Below, piece after piece: positions 10,967 to 21,391 of a stretch of 64,000 bases of DNA (positions are counted from its first letter, which is position 1; each line of letters starts with the position of its first letter). The stretch spans positions 23,963-87,962 of the forward strand of contig CAVVFE010000007.1 of the NCBI GenBank assembly GCA_963747475.1. The letters are read 5' to 3'. Source of the DNA: an uncultured Bacteriovoracaceae bacterium (GTDB taxonomy: Bacteria; Bdellovibrionota; Bacteriovoracia; Bacteriovoracales; Bacteriovoracaceae). The position numbers and the translations under genes are program-made. The notes under the pieces are model-generated. The model made no database searches, had not been told where the DNA came from, and worked only from the letters and a program-made list of their open reading frames with translations.

Positions 10967-13636
10967 TTAACCTTTGGTGAAGGGGGACGCTTTATTTTTC
11001 TTGCCTCCCCTTTTGCCTCTTTTGCCCTTCCCCTTGGGAGGGCCTGCAGAGCTTTTACCACCGCTCTTTGCGCCGCCTTTGCCGCCTCGTCTAGGGCCGC
11101 CTCTTGCGCCGCCTTTCTTTTGATCGCCTTTGTCTCTTCTTGGCCCTCTAAAGCGCCTTGCTCCAAAGCAGGCCTCACAAATATTGAACTCAAAGCTGTC
11201 AGGGAGCTTCACCCCGCAGGAAGAGCAGCGACGAGAAACTTTCTCGGAGAGAAGCTGATTGAGTTTCTCAATGGCCTCAGTCTTATTGGCGAGAAGCTCA
11301 GCTTCAACGAACTCAAAGTTTTGATTATTAAAATGTCTGGCAAGCCATTGATAAAGCTCGACGCATTTTATGGCCCGCTCAAGATAGTCGATGTCATCGC
11401 TTTCGGGATCGATGTCCTCATTTGTGATCTGCCGACTCTGAACATAGTGATTGGCGATCCAAACAAAGTACTGGACATGCTCCAAAAGACCTAGATTTAC
11501 TGGAGCGCAGGCGAACCCAAAAACTTCGGCGTCGCTAAGCTTGCCCTGCTCATCAACGCCTTCGACCATTTCTGTCACTTCGATCATCTCTTTTAAGTCG
11601 ACGCAATAGAAAGGCTTCTCAAAAGTCATGGTGTTAAAGAGCCTTAAGAATTCTGATAGGTCCAAGCTAGCAAGCGTGTTCTCTTCAAGGGCCTTATTAA
11701 CAGACCTAAAAATATCAAGGTCAGGCCCCACCATAGCGAGCTCTTTCTGTTCAAGCTTTGCGCTTAAGGCGCTTCTTACAAGATCAAGTCCTTCGTCCAC
11801 TTTTTTAAGTGTCGTGACTTTCCCCTCTGGGAAGCGGCCATAACGTCCGGCCCGACCGGCGATTTGTTTTATTTCAGATTCTGTTATGAAGTGCTCTTTG
11901 GAATTATAAAACTTCGAAAGGGTCGAGAACACAATCCTTTTAATAGGAAGGTTCATGCCCATGGCGATGGCGTCAGTGGAGACCATAATATCTGTCTCGC
12001 CGCTATCAAATTTTCTCGCTTGCTCTCTTCTCACTTCAGGGCTCAAGCGGCCGTAGACGATCGAGACCTTGAAGCCAAGCTTTTCCAAGTCCATTTTATA
12101 TTTAAGAGCGTTTCGCCTTGAGAAAACAATAAGCGCGTCGTGCTTTTCAAGCTCAGTGAGCTTGAGCTGCTTTTTCATAACGTCAAGCTTTGTCATACGC
12201 TCGTATTTCTTTATTTCAAGCTCATCGCCTGTGAGCTTCAGTATTTTTTCCACGAGCTCTAAAACGGAGTGGTCTCCGCAAAGGTGAATTTCGTCACTAT
12301 TGATATTAACGAGAGCTCTCGTCCACGCCCAGCCCCTTTGAGGATCAGTGATCATTTGAATTTCATCAATCACCACACAATCAAAGTCCTCATTCATCCG
12401 GGCCATCTCTATGGTTGATGAGTAATGAGTGGCGTCTGGCTGCTCTATAACCTCCTCACCAGTGAGAAGATTTGTGACGACGCCCTTGTCGTTTAAGGTG
12501 TCGTAGAGCTCTGAAGCCAGAAGCCTAAGCGGCGCCAAATAACAGCCATGCTTGGCCTTTGCTAGGGCCTCAATGGCGTTATATGTCTTGCCTGAGTTGG
12601 TGGGGCCCATATGATAAATGATTTTTCGTGTTTTCTTTCTCGCCTCAGTATGCGCCCAAAACTGCCCCAGATACTCGCGTAAGATGGTAGCAGAGATGTC
12701 CTTTCGCTTATAGGCCATAATGGACTTAACAAGCTTTAAAAACTCTCTTTTAAGAAGGTTTGGCCCTTTCCACATGCCAAGACCTAATTGAGTGAAAAAC
12801 CTCTCAAATTCCTCGTCAGTCACAAGCCCTGGAGAGATGTCTTCCTCGTCCAAAACAGAGTTGAAGAAGGTGATCAAACGCTCTTTGTAAGAGCGTCCAA
12901 CGTCGGTGTGAAAACCTAGTTTTGATTTAAGCTCCGCCTTAATGTCCGAATCAAGCTTATTAAGCGAGCCTCTTTTAAGCTTATAGCGAACTCTCTGCAG
13001 GTTCTTCTCAATGCGTTTTTTGAGCTTGTTATAATAATCGCTCACATAACTAATCTTCTGAGTGAGAACGAGATCCTGCAGCTCTTCCTCTGCCTCGGCG
13101 ATAAGCTCGCACTGCTGTTTGAAGACCTCGTCCCGCAGCTTGGCCCTAAAGTCCGCAAGACATTTCTGACAAGGACAACCAAGCTGATTGGCCTTTAGCT
13201 CCGTTGAAAAGTTCTCTTTGATAGTCTCTTGAGAGCTAAGATGCTTGTCTCTAACTTCAACGTCCCACTCTTTAAAAGATATAATATAGTTTTGAAGCAG
13301 TTCACTCTCGACTTTCTCGCCGGGAACCAATGGAAAGCTTTCTCTCTCCGGCAGGAGAAAGTCGTCCAAAAAGATAGTTTCGACCAAAGTCTCCCTATCG
13401 CTTAGCTGTCGAGAATCGCCATATTCTTTTTCAAATAGACGCTCTAGGCTTGGGTAGTTTTCAAATAAAGAAAAGGCGCTTTCAGCAATTTGCTTGAGCG
13501 CCTCTAGAATTAATTTTGCTTGATCAAGAGATCGAAGATCCTCGTCATTTTCCCGCCCTTCATAGGCCAGAATGGCCTGTCGTGAGCCGGAGAGGTTTTC
13601 TTCGATCTCGGAGAATATTTTAAGTTTTTTGTCCAA
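10967..13636 (-). CDS. SUV3-like superfamily-2 RNA helicase with long N-terminal extension, C-terminal zinc ribbon and Arg/Gly/Lys-rich tail
   Basis: Intact 889-aa ORF. Helicase motifs: GPTNSGKTY (Walker A), VIDEIQM, IVFSRR, YGRLSPEVRREQARKFD, VSTDAIAMGMNLPIKRIVF and QIAGRAGRYG. The tail reads CSSCGVKLPDSFEFNICEAC followed by ..RGGPRRGGKGGAKSGGK... Confidence 0.85.
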   Translation of the reverse strand: MDKKLKIFSEIEENLSGSRQAILAYEGRENDEDLRSLDQAKLILEALKQIAESAFSLFENYPSLERLFEKEYGDSRQLSDRETLVETIFLDDFLLPERESFPLVPGEKVESELLQNYIISFKEWDVEVRDKHLSSQETIKENFSTELKANQLGCPCQKCLADFRAKLRDEVFKQQCELIAEAEEELQDLVLTQKISYVSDYYNKLKKRIEKNLQRVRYKLKRGSLNKLDSDIKAELKSKLGFHTDVGRSYKERLITFFNSVLDEEDISPGLVTDEEFERFFTQLGLGMWKGPNLLKREFLKLVKSIMAYKRKDISATILREYLGQFWAHTEARKKTRKIIYHMGPTNSGKTYNAIEALAKAKHGCYLAPLRLLASELYDTLNDKGVVTNLLTGEEVIEQPDATHYSSTIEMARMNEDFDCVVIDEIQMITDPQRGWAWTRALVNINSDEIHLCGDHSVLELVEKILKLTGDELEIKKYERMTKLDVMKKQLKLTELEKHDALIVFSRRNALKYKMDLEKLGFKVSIVYGRLSPEVRREQARKFDSGETDIMVSTDAIAMGMNLPIKRIVFSTLSKFYNSKEHFITESEIKQIAGRAGRYGRFPEGKVTTLKKVDEGLDLVRSALSAKLEQKELAMVGPDLDIFRSVNKALEENTLASLDLSEFLRLFNTMTFEKPFYCVDLKEMIEVTEMVEGVDEQGKLSDAEVFGFACAPVNLGLLEHVQYFVWIANHYVQSRQITNEDIDPESDDIDYLERAIKCVELYQWLARHFNNQNFEFVEAELLANKTEAIEKLNQLLSEKVSRRCSSCGVKLPDSFEFNICEACFGARRFRGPRRDKGDQKKGGARGGPRRGGKGGAKSGGKSSAGPPKGKGKRGKRGGKKNKASPFTKG

Positions 13637-13658
13637 TTACCTTATCCCAATAATGGGA

Positions 13659-14873
13659 CTATTTTCCCATCTCAATCATAAAAGCGACAGCTAGCTTGGC
13701 AAACTTTTCGGCGTGATCCGCGTTGTTGTCAGAGTTTGCTAGCGTGTCGTTGTCGGTATGAATTTTACCGTTGATATCGCCCATTGTCGATTCAAAAGGC
13801 ATGCTCGCAGGATAGCCTTCATTATGCCAAGAGGCGTGATCTGAACAACCATAGCCGCACTTGGAATAGCCCCACGGAACTTTAACATAAGTGTCGATAA
13901 GCTTGCCCATAAACTCGTTTTGGGCCGCGTTTGTATAGTCGTTCATAAAAACGATGTCCAAGTCTTCGGAGCCTTTATGATTAGTCATATCGAGTTGCAT
14001 AACGCCCACGACTTTCTTGCCTTCGCGCTTAAAGCTTTTTGCTATGTCTTTAGACCCAAGAAGCCCAACTTCCTCGGCGGCATAGCCCATAAACTTGATG
14101 GTTCTCGACGGCCTATAACCACTTTCCATTGCAAGCCTAATCGCTTCAGTGATGCTCGCGATGCCAGAAGCGTTGTCATCAGCGCCTGGCGCTCTATTTC
14201 TTCTTTGTCCAAACCAGCCAGAGATTGAGTCCGCGTGGCCTCCGATAACAACAATTTCTTCCGCTTTGTCGCTTCCCTCAATTGTCATCATAAGAGAAGG
14301 CTGCGGCCAACGGTCATGTTTAAAATACTCGACCTTAACGTCGTTTCTTCCTTTAGATAGCTCTTCCCATTTTGCTTTAAGCCATGCTTGAGACTCAACA
14401 CCTGTGTCGGCCTTATAGAAGCGGTTATGGTAGCTGGCAAGCTTTTCAATAACTGTTCTAATATTGAACTCGGATGTCTGCGCCACCAGGGCCTCAACAG
14501 TTTCCTGCTGATCAATGGAATAATTAAGAAAAGGCATAGACTTCGCGAACTTTCTGACTTCCGCGTTCGCAAGAACAGCTTGCGCCTCTTCCAATGAATC
14601 ATGGGCAACAAAGCCGGCGCAGCGGTTGAACTTTTCGTGCATCATATGAGAGAGGCTCGCGATATCGCTCTCTTTCACTTTAACGATGGAGATGCCATCG
14701 GCATTTGAGAGCTCAGAAAAGCTATTCAATGATTTATTGGCGGAGCTGACCGCGTCAGAACCAATGGTTAAGTAAAGATCTTTTGGAGCTGCTAAGGCCG
14801 TCCCTGCCATTAAACTAGCGATCGCTAGCCCTTTTAGTGTATTCATAAACCTTCCTTTGTTTAATATCTTCAC
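13659..14873 (-). CDS. M28-family bacterial leucyl aminopeptidase (Vibrio/Aeromonas type), secreted
   Basis: Intact ORF with a signal peptide (..LAIASLMAGTALAAP). Motifs GGHADSI, DDNASGIA, AAEEVGLLGS and DHASWH are present. Confidence 0.85.
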   Translation of the reverse strand: MKILNKGRFMNTLKGLAIASLMAGTALAAPKDLYLTIGSDAVSSANKSLNSFSELSNADGISIVKVKESDIASLSHMMHEKFNRCAGFVAHDSLEEAQAVLANAEVRKFAKSMPFLNYSIDQQETVEALVAQTSEFNIRTVIEKLASYHNRFYKADTGVESQAWLKAKWEELSKGRNDVKVEYFKHDRWPQPSLMMTIEGSDKAEEIVVIGGHADSISGWFGQRRNRAPGADDNASGIASITEAIRLAMESGYRPSRTIKFMGYAAEEVGLLGSKDIAKSFKREGKKVVGVMQLDMTNHKGSEDLDIVFMNDYTNAAQNEFMGKLIDTYVKVPWGYSKCGYGCSDHASWHNEGYPASMPFESTMGDINGKIHTDNDTLANSDNNADHAEKFAKLAVAFMIEMGK

Positions 14874-14959
14874 TATAGTTAAGCGCGGCCGAAGCGCTTC
14901 TTAAACAAACTTCCTCTAACATTCTTTATATGCGGCAATTATCGGTCTAGAATGGCGAT

Positions 14960-15493
14960 ATGAAGAATCTTACATTTAAAATTCTTGCGGCGCTCCTAGA
15001 AAAAGCTCATACGAGGACAGGTCTAATGGCCTTAGAAAAGGCCTTGGTCTGGGGAATACCCTTTAATATTCCCCATGGTTTCAAACTTCTAAAACTCGAT
15101 GCGCAAGAAGCGATCATGAAGCTCCCTTTCAAAAGGGCCAACAAAAACCATTTAGGCACCGCTCATGCGTGCGCCATCGCGACCTTGGGAGAATTTCCAG
15201 CAGGGGCTCTTCTCATTAAGCATTTCTCGCCGGAAAATTACCGAGTGGTCATGACCGAGCTCAATGTGAAATATGAAAAACCAGGTGTCGGCGATCTTAT
15301 CGGGCGCGCTCAGGTTGAAGCTCGGGACCTCGCAAGCTCTGAACAAGAACTCTCCAAGAATGGCCAGACATTTATTACCGCCTCCACAATTGTCACGAAT
15401 GCAAAGGACGAGACTGTGGCGACTGTCACCACTTATTGGCAATTGAAGGAATGGGGCCGAACGAAGCATCGACAAAGCTTATCGCTCAAATAA
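14960..15493 (+). CDS. Hot-dog fold thioesterase-like protein (PaaI/DUF4442-like)
   Basis: Intact 177-aa ORF. ..NHLGTAHACAIATLGEFPAG.. resembles PaaI/YiiD-C family hot-dog proteins. The assignment rests on motif resemblance only. Confidence 0.45.
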   Translation: MKNLTFKILAALLEKAHTRTGLMALEKALVWGIPFNIPHGFKLLKLDAQEAIMKLPFKRANKNHLGTAHACAIATLGEFPAGALLIKHFSPENYRVVMTELNVKYEKPGVGDLIGRAQVEARDLASSEQELSKNGQTFITASTIVTNAKDETVATVTTYWQLKEWGRTKHRQSLSLK

Positions 15494-15564
15494 TTATTTC
15501 CTTTTTTACTCATGCCCGCGCGGTTTCTAACATTTAAGTAGAAACGATAGGCATCGGAGACTGC

Positions 15565-15876
15565 ATGGAAGCTCAGCAAAAATTCACCCGGCCAGCGAAC
15601 GCCCTCAACCTTCTTTTTAGGAAATTCTCCGCCCATCGCCTCAAGCTAAAAGATCTCCGAGTTAAAGTCGAGACTAAGAAGAAGGCAAAGATTCTCGAGC
15701 CACAGCTCGAGCAACTTGAAGGCCAGGCGAAAAAGATTCAGGAAATCAAAAAAAGCTACAGCTTTGGCGAAACGTCCAAGGCCCCCGCTCTCGCGAAGGC
15801 GTTTATTGAGGCCCTGGAAACTTTCGAGTTTAATTTTAAGAAACTTATAAACAACGCTCAAAAGCTAGGTCTTTAA
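15565..15876 (+). CDS. Hypothetical small Lys-rich helical protein
   Basis: Intact 103-aa ORF, convergent with feoB. No family recognised. Confidence 0.35.
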   Translation: MEAQQKFTRPANALNLLFRKFSAHRLKLKDLRVKVETKKKAKILEPQLEQLEGQAKKIQEIKKSYSFGETSKAPALAKAFIEALETFEFNFKKLINNAQKLGL

Positions 15877-15877
15877 A

Positions 15878-17734
15878 CTATAAGAGTCTTAGGACCTGAT
15901 AAGTGATAAAGCTCATTAAGTAAGCGAGCGCCAAAGTATAGGCCCCATAGATAATAGGGACCTTAAATCCCCCTGTCTCGTTTCGAAGCACCGCAAAGGT
16001 CGAGATGCACTGAGGAGAGAAGATAAACCAGACCATCAGAGCGAACATGCTCGCCATTGTGAATTCTTTTGAGATGAGCTCTTTTAATGAGCTCACCGTC
16101 TTTTCCTCGTCCTCTCCCTGAACGCTCATCACAGTGGCAAGCGAACTCACGAGCACTTCCCTGGCTCCAAAGCTAGGTATAAGGGCGGTGGTGATTCTCC
16201 AATCAAAACCTAGAGGGGCGAAAACGGGCTCAAAGGTTTTTCCGATTTTTGCCGCGTACGAATAATTGATCGCCGGTTGGTCAGCGTTCTCGGGAGGTCC
16301 AGGAAAGGTGACCAAGGCCCAGATGACAATTGATAAAATCACAATGACCGTGCCCGCCTTTCTAACAAAAAGCGACGCTTTTTGATAGGTGGAGCGAAGA
16401 ATATTTGAAATCCTTGGCATGCGATAGCCTGGAAGCTCCATCATAAGATAGCTAGGGGCGCCCTTCACCATCGTCTTTTTCATTATGAAGGCCACGACAA
16501 AGGCGGCGATAATGCCCACAGCGTAAAGGCCGAAAAGAGCCAGCCCGGGAAGGCCTAAAAATCCAAACACAGTTTTATTGGGAATGGTCGCGGCTATGAG
16601 AAGCGTGTAGACGGGCAATCTAGCGCTACAAGTTGTCAGTGGAGAAACAAGCATGGTGACAAGTCTTTCGGCGGGATTTTCCATAATTCTTGTCGCCATT
16701 ATCCCAGGGATAGCGCAGGCGTGAGAAGACAGAAGAGGAACGACCGCTTTTCCCGGAAGTCCGAGCTTTCTCATAATATAGTCCAATAAAAAGGCCGCCC
16801 TTCCAAGATAGCCAAAGTCCTCTAAAAAATTGATCAGAATATAGAGAAAGCAAATATGCGGCAAAAAGACCATGACTCCGCCCACCCCGGCGATAACTCC
16901 ATCGATAATGAGGCTTTTCAGATGCCCGTCTGGAAGGACCATTGCCACCAGACCTCCAAGGCCTTCAAAGCCCGCCTCTATAAGCCCCACAAAAGGATCG
17001 GCCCACGCAAAAAGAAGCTGAAAGAGAAACAGCAGCACCACAAAAAGTATGGCAAGCCCTAGGACAGGATGCAGAACAATGCTGTCCACCGACTCCGTAA
17101 AGTTGTCCTTTGAAATCGGCGTTTTGACAGCGTCTTTAAGAATCGACTCCACTTCGGCCAACTTTTCTTGAATATAGCTTGGCTCTTTAATGTCGCTTTC
17201 AAAGCTTTTAGAGTAATTAAAAGTCTTTTCAGGCCTTGCTCTTTCTTCAAGGCAGGCGTCCATAAGCCTTTTTGCTCCCACTTTGTCATAGGCGACAGTG
17301 GGAACGACAGTGGCGCCCAAGGACTCTGACAGTTTTTCCACATCGAGCTTAAGGCCGCGCTTCTCGGCGATGTCCATCATATTAAGAGCCACCACAAATT
17401 TTTGTCCAAGGTCCCTGATTTGAAGGGCAAGATAAAGACTTTTTCTTAGAGTTGGTCGAGTCCACAACGAGAGCGAAGACGTCAGCCTTCTCTTCTTTTC
17501 TCTTATTTAGAATATAATCTCTTGTGACTTTTTCGTCCAAGCTGGACGCGTCCAGCGTGTAAACGCCAGGCAAGTCCACAACATCCAGCTGCTCTTTTTC
17601 AAGTTTGGCCTTGCCAAACTTTTTTTCCACAGTGATCCCTGGAAAATTGGCGACCCGCTGGTTGTTCTTAGTGAGAGTGTTAAAAGGGCCGTTTTTCCGC
17701 TATTAGGAAGTCCAACAAGAGCGATGAGAGACAT
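15878..17734 (-). CDS. feoB: Ferrous iron transporter FeoB (frameshifted)
   Basis: N-terminal G-domain motifs are LIALVGLPNSGKTALL (P-loop) and VVDLPGVY. The membrane domain lies in ORF 15878-17467 (529 aa). The gene is split across ORFs 17507-17734, 17382-17630 and 15878-17467. Confidence 0.85.
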
Positions 17735-17971
17735 TATTTCACGCTTTCCTCGACCAAAATCATGGCCGCTTCAGTTTTTGTGAGAGCAAATTGGGAGTTG
17801 TCCACTTCAAATAATAAGGGGATTGCCGAAAATAGGGCCTGTCCTTCTTAGCTCAACTTCCCTGCCGGGAAAGAACCCAAGCCTATTAAACCTGGAGGAC
17901 TGGTCCAAATCGCCCTCAATGGAGTGGATGATATATTTTTTTTGTTTTTTGGCTTCGCTCAATCGAACCAT
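17734..17971 (-). CDS. feoA: FeoA (one frameshift near 17810)
   Basis: My own translation gives MVRLSEAKKQKKYIIHSIEGDLDQSSRFNRLGFFPGREVELRRTGPIFGNPLI|FEVDNSQFALTKTEAAMILVEESVK. Its stop overlaps the feoB ATG (TAATG). Confidence 0.7.
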
Positions 17972-18062
17972 AATTGCTTCCTATTACATATAATGTTTGA
18001 GGTACAAAACATATATCTGAAATAGCAAACTATGGCGAAAAAGTCCATGGGGAGGGCGTTTT

Positions 18063-19455
18063 TTACCCTCCTACATAATGGTTTCGGTGTTGCCTGGGTG
18101 GGTCGAGCCTTGCGAGCGCCGATATCATGTCTTGTAGCTCTAGATGCTTAGCAATTTGAGCTTGCCGCTTAAGGTTCTCCTTATGGCCTTTATAGATGGA
18201 CTGTAGGCTTGATATGATGATTTCCTCGCTCTTGGCCGATTTTCCTTGAAGCTCTTGGGCCTTCTCCCTCAAAAGCAGCCTTTTCTCCTTTTTGGCCTTT
18301 AAGAGATTGAAATCTTGTGAGCTATTTAGGCTTTCGCTATTTTTATAGGCGCTATTAATTAATAACTGAGCTTTTGAAACCGCTACTTCTAACTGAACGA
18401 GACGCTTCTCAAGCCCATTATGGGCGGCGTCTAGATCATTAAATCTTTCATTGGCCATGTCATAGCTATTTTGAAACTTGCGCACTATTTCAGGATGGCT
18501 TATGCCTTTTTTAATATGAACTAGCCCTGCTAAGGCCTGTCCAAGTCTTGCCTTGGACTCTCCAGTTTGAGCCCTCTGGGCCTTGATTTCATCTTTAATA
18601 GCGTCGAGATTTGGCAGTCCCACGGCCATGTCTTCAATGGCATTTTTAAGCGTTCCAAAATCGTTTTGAAAGCCATCCAGGTCTTTTAAGGTCTCCCCAA
18701 ACTGGTTATTAAATTTTAAGCAGAAGTCTTCTAGTTTTCTGGCGGTGTCGGAAAGACTAATAACGCCCTCTTTAAATGTTTTGAGGTCGCTAATTTGATC
18801 TTTAGATGCTGAAAACATTTGGGAGTTGAGATCATAGGCCTCATCAGCGCTTTCATGCGCCTCTTCAAGCTCGCTATAGAGCATTTCAATTTTATTAATT
18901 AGCTGCGCCTTTTCAGACTCTTTTTTGCCATAGAACTTCTCAAACATGTCGAGCATGCCCTCGATGCCCCCGACCTCATACTCTTTTCTAAGCTGTTGCT
19001 TATCGGCAGCGGCAAAGGAGTCGTCCATAAACAAGCGCAAAGTCTTGTCAATAGGATTAACAATAGAGACGGCCTGGTCTTGTATGGTCTCTCGCATAGA
19101 AAGTAGCGGGTAGAAGAAGAGCATGATCTTCTTTTGGCCTTGATTTTTTACAGGGGACACAAACATTTCATAAGGGCGCGTTTCAGTATTTCTCATCGGG
19201 CTTCACTTGGATTTGATAAATGCCCGCCACGTCATTTTTAAGCGCTTCGACAACTGGATCATCATGACCAAGATTGGTGAGTTTCGCCAGATAGTCCCAA
19301 CTCATATATTCTTGGGAAATTTCTTCTTCGCTGATTTCCCAGTCATCGCAAAATTGTTTATTAGTCCATTCGACCTTCAAATTTTTATCAAGCATAACAG
19401 CGCTTAAAGGGAGAGCGTCCTGGAAAATGGACCCAAAACTCATTCTTTTATTCAC
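18063..19455 (-). CDS. PAS-like sensor domain fused to a long coiled-coil region (frame break near 19190)
   Basis: The PAS-like N-terminus runs SFGSIFQDALPLSAVMLDKNLKVEWTNKQFCDDWEIS...IYQIQVKPDE|NTETRPYEMFVSPVKNQGQKKIMLFFYPL. It is followed by about 330 aa of heptad-like helical sequence. No MCP hairpin-tip, kinase or GGDEF motif was seen. Confidence 0.5.
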
Positions 19456-19470
19456 ATACTCGGAATTGTC

Positions 19471-20446
19471 TCAGACAAAGCGCTCAAATTCTTCGACTAA
19501 ACTCTCCTTCAAAAAGTTTTTGCCATTAATAATGCCTTCGCCAATAAGAGTCTTTAGGGCTTCTTCCAATGCGGAGTTAGAGCGGACTCTTGCGTAGCGA
19601 TTAAAAGCAAAGCCCGCAAAGAAGAGAAGCCCAGTGAGCCCAAGCACGCCTAGCATGCCCATAACGTAATAGCGGCCCATCCTTTCCACTTGAAGTTTTT
19701 GAAGGGAAATTTCCGGGCCGATTTTATCAAGCCACTGTTGATAGGCCTCTCCAAAGTTTTCCAGTCTTTAAAGACCTTTGCTCGCTTGCCAAGATACTGG
19801 GAAAGCATTCCCGTCTCTGTTCTTAGATTTTCAATCCTGCTTTTGATTTCAGATTTCTCAGGCCGGCCAAGAACGCTATTTTCAGTGATGCGGACCATGC
19901 TCGAGAAGTCTTTTTCAATAGATTTCACAAGGCGATCAAGCTCCCCTGGCCCCATGGGGTCTTTTGAAATATTAAGCACCCTCTCGCTCATGCGAGTCAG
20001 TGTTCTCCATTTATTTCTTTTTACGTAGTCAGAAAACTTGTCCATTTTTTCATTAAAAACAGAAAGCACCTTTGCGCTTTTTTGATGCGATATAAGCCCG
20101 CCCACATGCAGACTTTAATTTTTGCAATTTTTTAAAGGCGTTTTGATAGGAAGCGTCTTCGGCCAAACTATGGATCGTCTTTCATTTCCGATTCAAGCGA
20201 CTTTATTTGGTCCAAGGGCCTTTTTGGGGCTTTCTCGGTAAATAAGCCCTTTAATTTCCTTGATGCCCTTTGCCTTCTGCAAGCTCTTCAAGAGTGAAGC
20301 CCGCCTTATGCAAGATCCTTTGATCGTGATCCGTCTATAAAACCTAGTTTCCAAAAATAAAAGACCGCTCCAAGAGCGGCGAGCATAATGGCGACTAAAG
20401 AGATTTGATAAAACTGAGTCAGATTTTTGTTTAATTTTTCGATCAT
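19471..20446 (-). CDS. Hypothetical bitopic/two-TM membrane protein with coiled-coil loop (several frame breaks)
   Basis: ATG at 20446 has an AGGA RBS. The first TM is MIEKLNKNLTQFYQISLVAIMLAALGAVFYFW, followed by a helical region (ORF 19650-20105) and a second TM, YYVMGMLGVLGLTGLLFFAGFAF (ORF 19471-19689). It may form a single unit with 18063-19455, since its TGA is in frame with the next ORF. Confidence 0.4.
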
Positions 20447-20595
20447 CCTGATTGTCCTAAATTATTTTCTGCTTAGGGGACCCTAAAACGCTTCCATTAT
20501 CCCTCATAGAGAGCGAAAAATGAAGTTCTTTCCCAAAAACAAAAAGCCCGACTTTATGTGGTCGGGCTAGAAGCAAGTTAAATTTGAAATTGATT

Positions 20596-21382
20596 TTAAG
20601 AGGCGATGTCCTCATGAGAGTCGAAGTCGTTTTTAAGCTTCGCTTTAAGTTTTAAGATCGCTTGGGTATGAAGCTGGGACACTCTTGATTCCGTCACGTC
20701 AAGAACTTGGCCGATTTCTTTAAGGTTTAAATCTTCAAAGTAGTACAGGGAAAGCACAAGTCTTTGCTTCTCAGGAAGGGACTTGATCCCCTCTTTTATG
20801 AGGTTTTGAGCGCTTTTATAGTTAACAGCGGAAAATGGATTAGAGCTTCTTCTATGCTCTAAAAGTCCCGCCATTAATTTTTTGTCGCCGCGATTAAAGC
20901 TTGCGGAGTCGTCAATATTGAGAAGAGAAACGCTTTTAGACTTATTAAGCATGTCATGGAACTCTTCCATGGAGCATTCAAGCTCTTTACACATCTCATC
21001 ATCAGTCGCAGGACGTCCAAACTCTCTCTCTAGTTTAGCGTAGGCCCTTTCAAGAGTTTTGGATTTTTCTCTGACGGAACGAGGGACCCAGTCCTGAGAG
21101 CGAAGCTCGTCTAAGAATGGCGCCACGAATTCGAAATTCAGCGTATGTTTTAAATTTATTGTCTCTTGTTGGATCAAATTTTTGAATCGCGTCCATGAGC
21201 CCAATTACTCCGCATGAAATAAGATCATCAAGCTCAATATTGGATGGGAGCCTAGAGGCGATTTTTTGAGCGATAAATCTTACTAAAGGAGCATATTCGA
21301 CAATAATCTTGTCTTTGACCTCTTGGTCCATTACGCATCTGTAGTCTTTTAGGTTTTTTAGTTTGGTGGACAATGATGACAT
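20596..21382 (-). CDS. fliA: Flagellar sigma factor FliA (sigma-28), frameshifted near 21100-21200
   Basis: Region 2 is ..APLVRFIAQKIASRL..DDLISCGVIGLMDAIQKFDP..FKTYAEFRIRGAI.. and region 4 is ..LVLSLYYFEDLNLKEIGQVLDVTESRVSQLHTQAILKLK... The gene sits at the end of the flhF-flhG cluster. Confidence 0.85.
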
Positions 21383-21391
21383 GGGCTCTCC

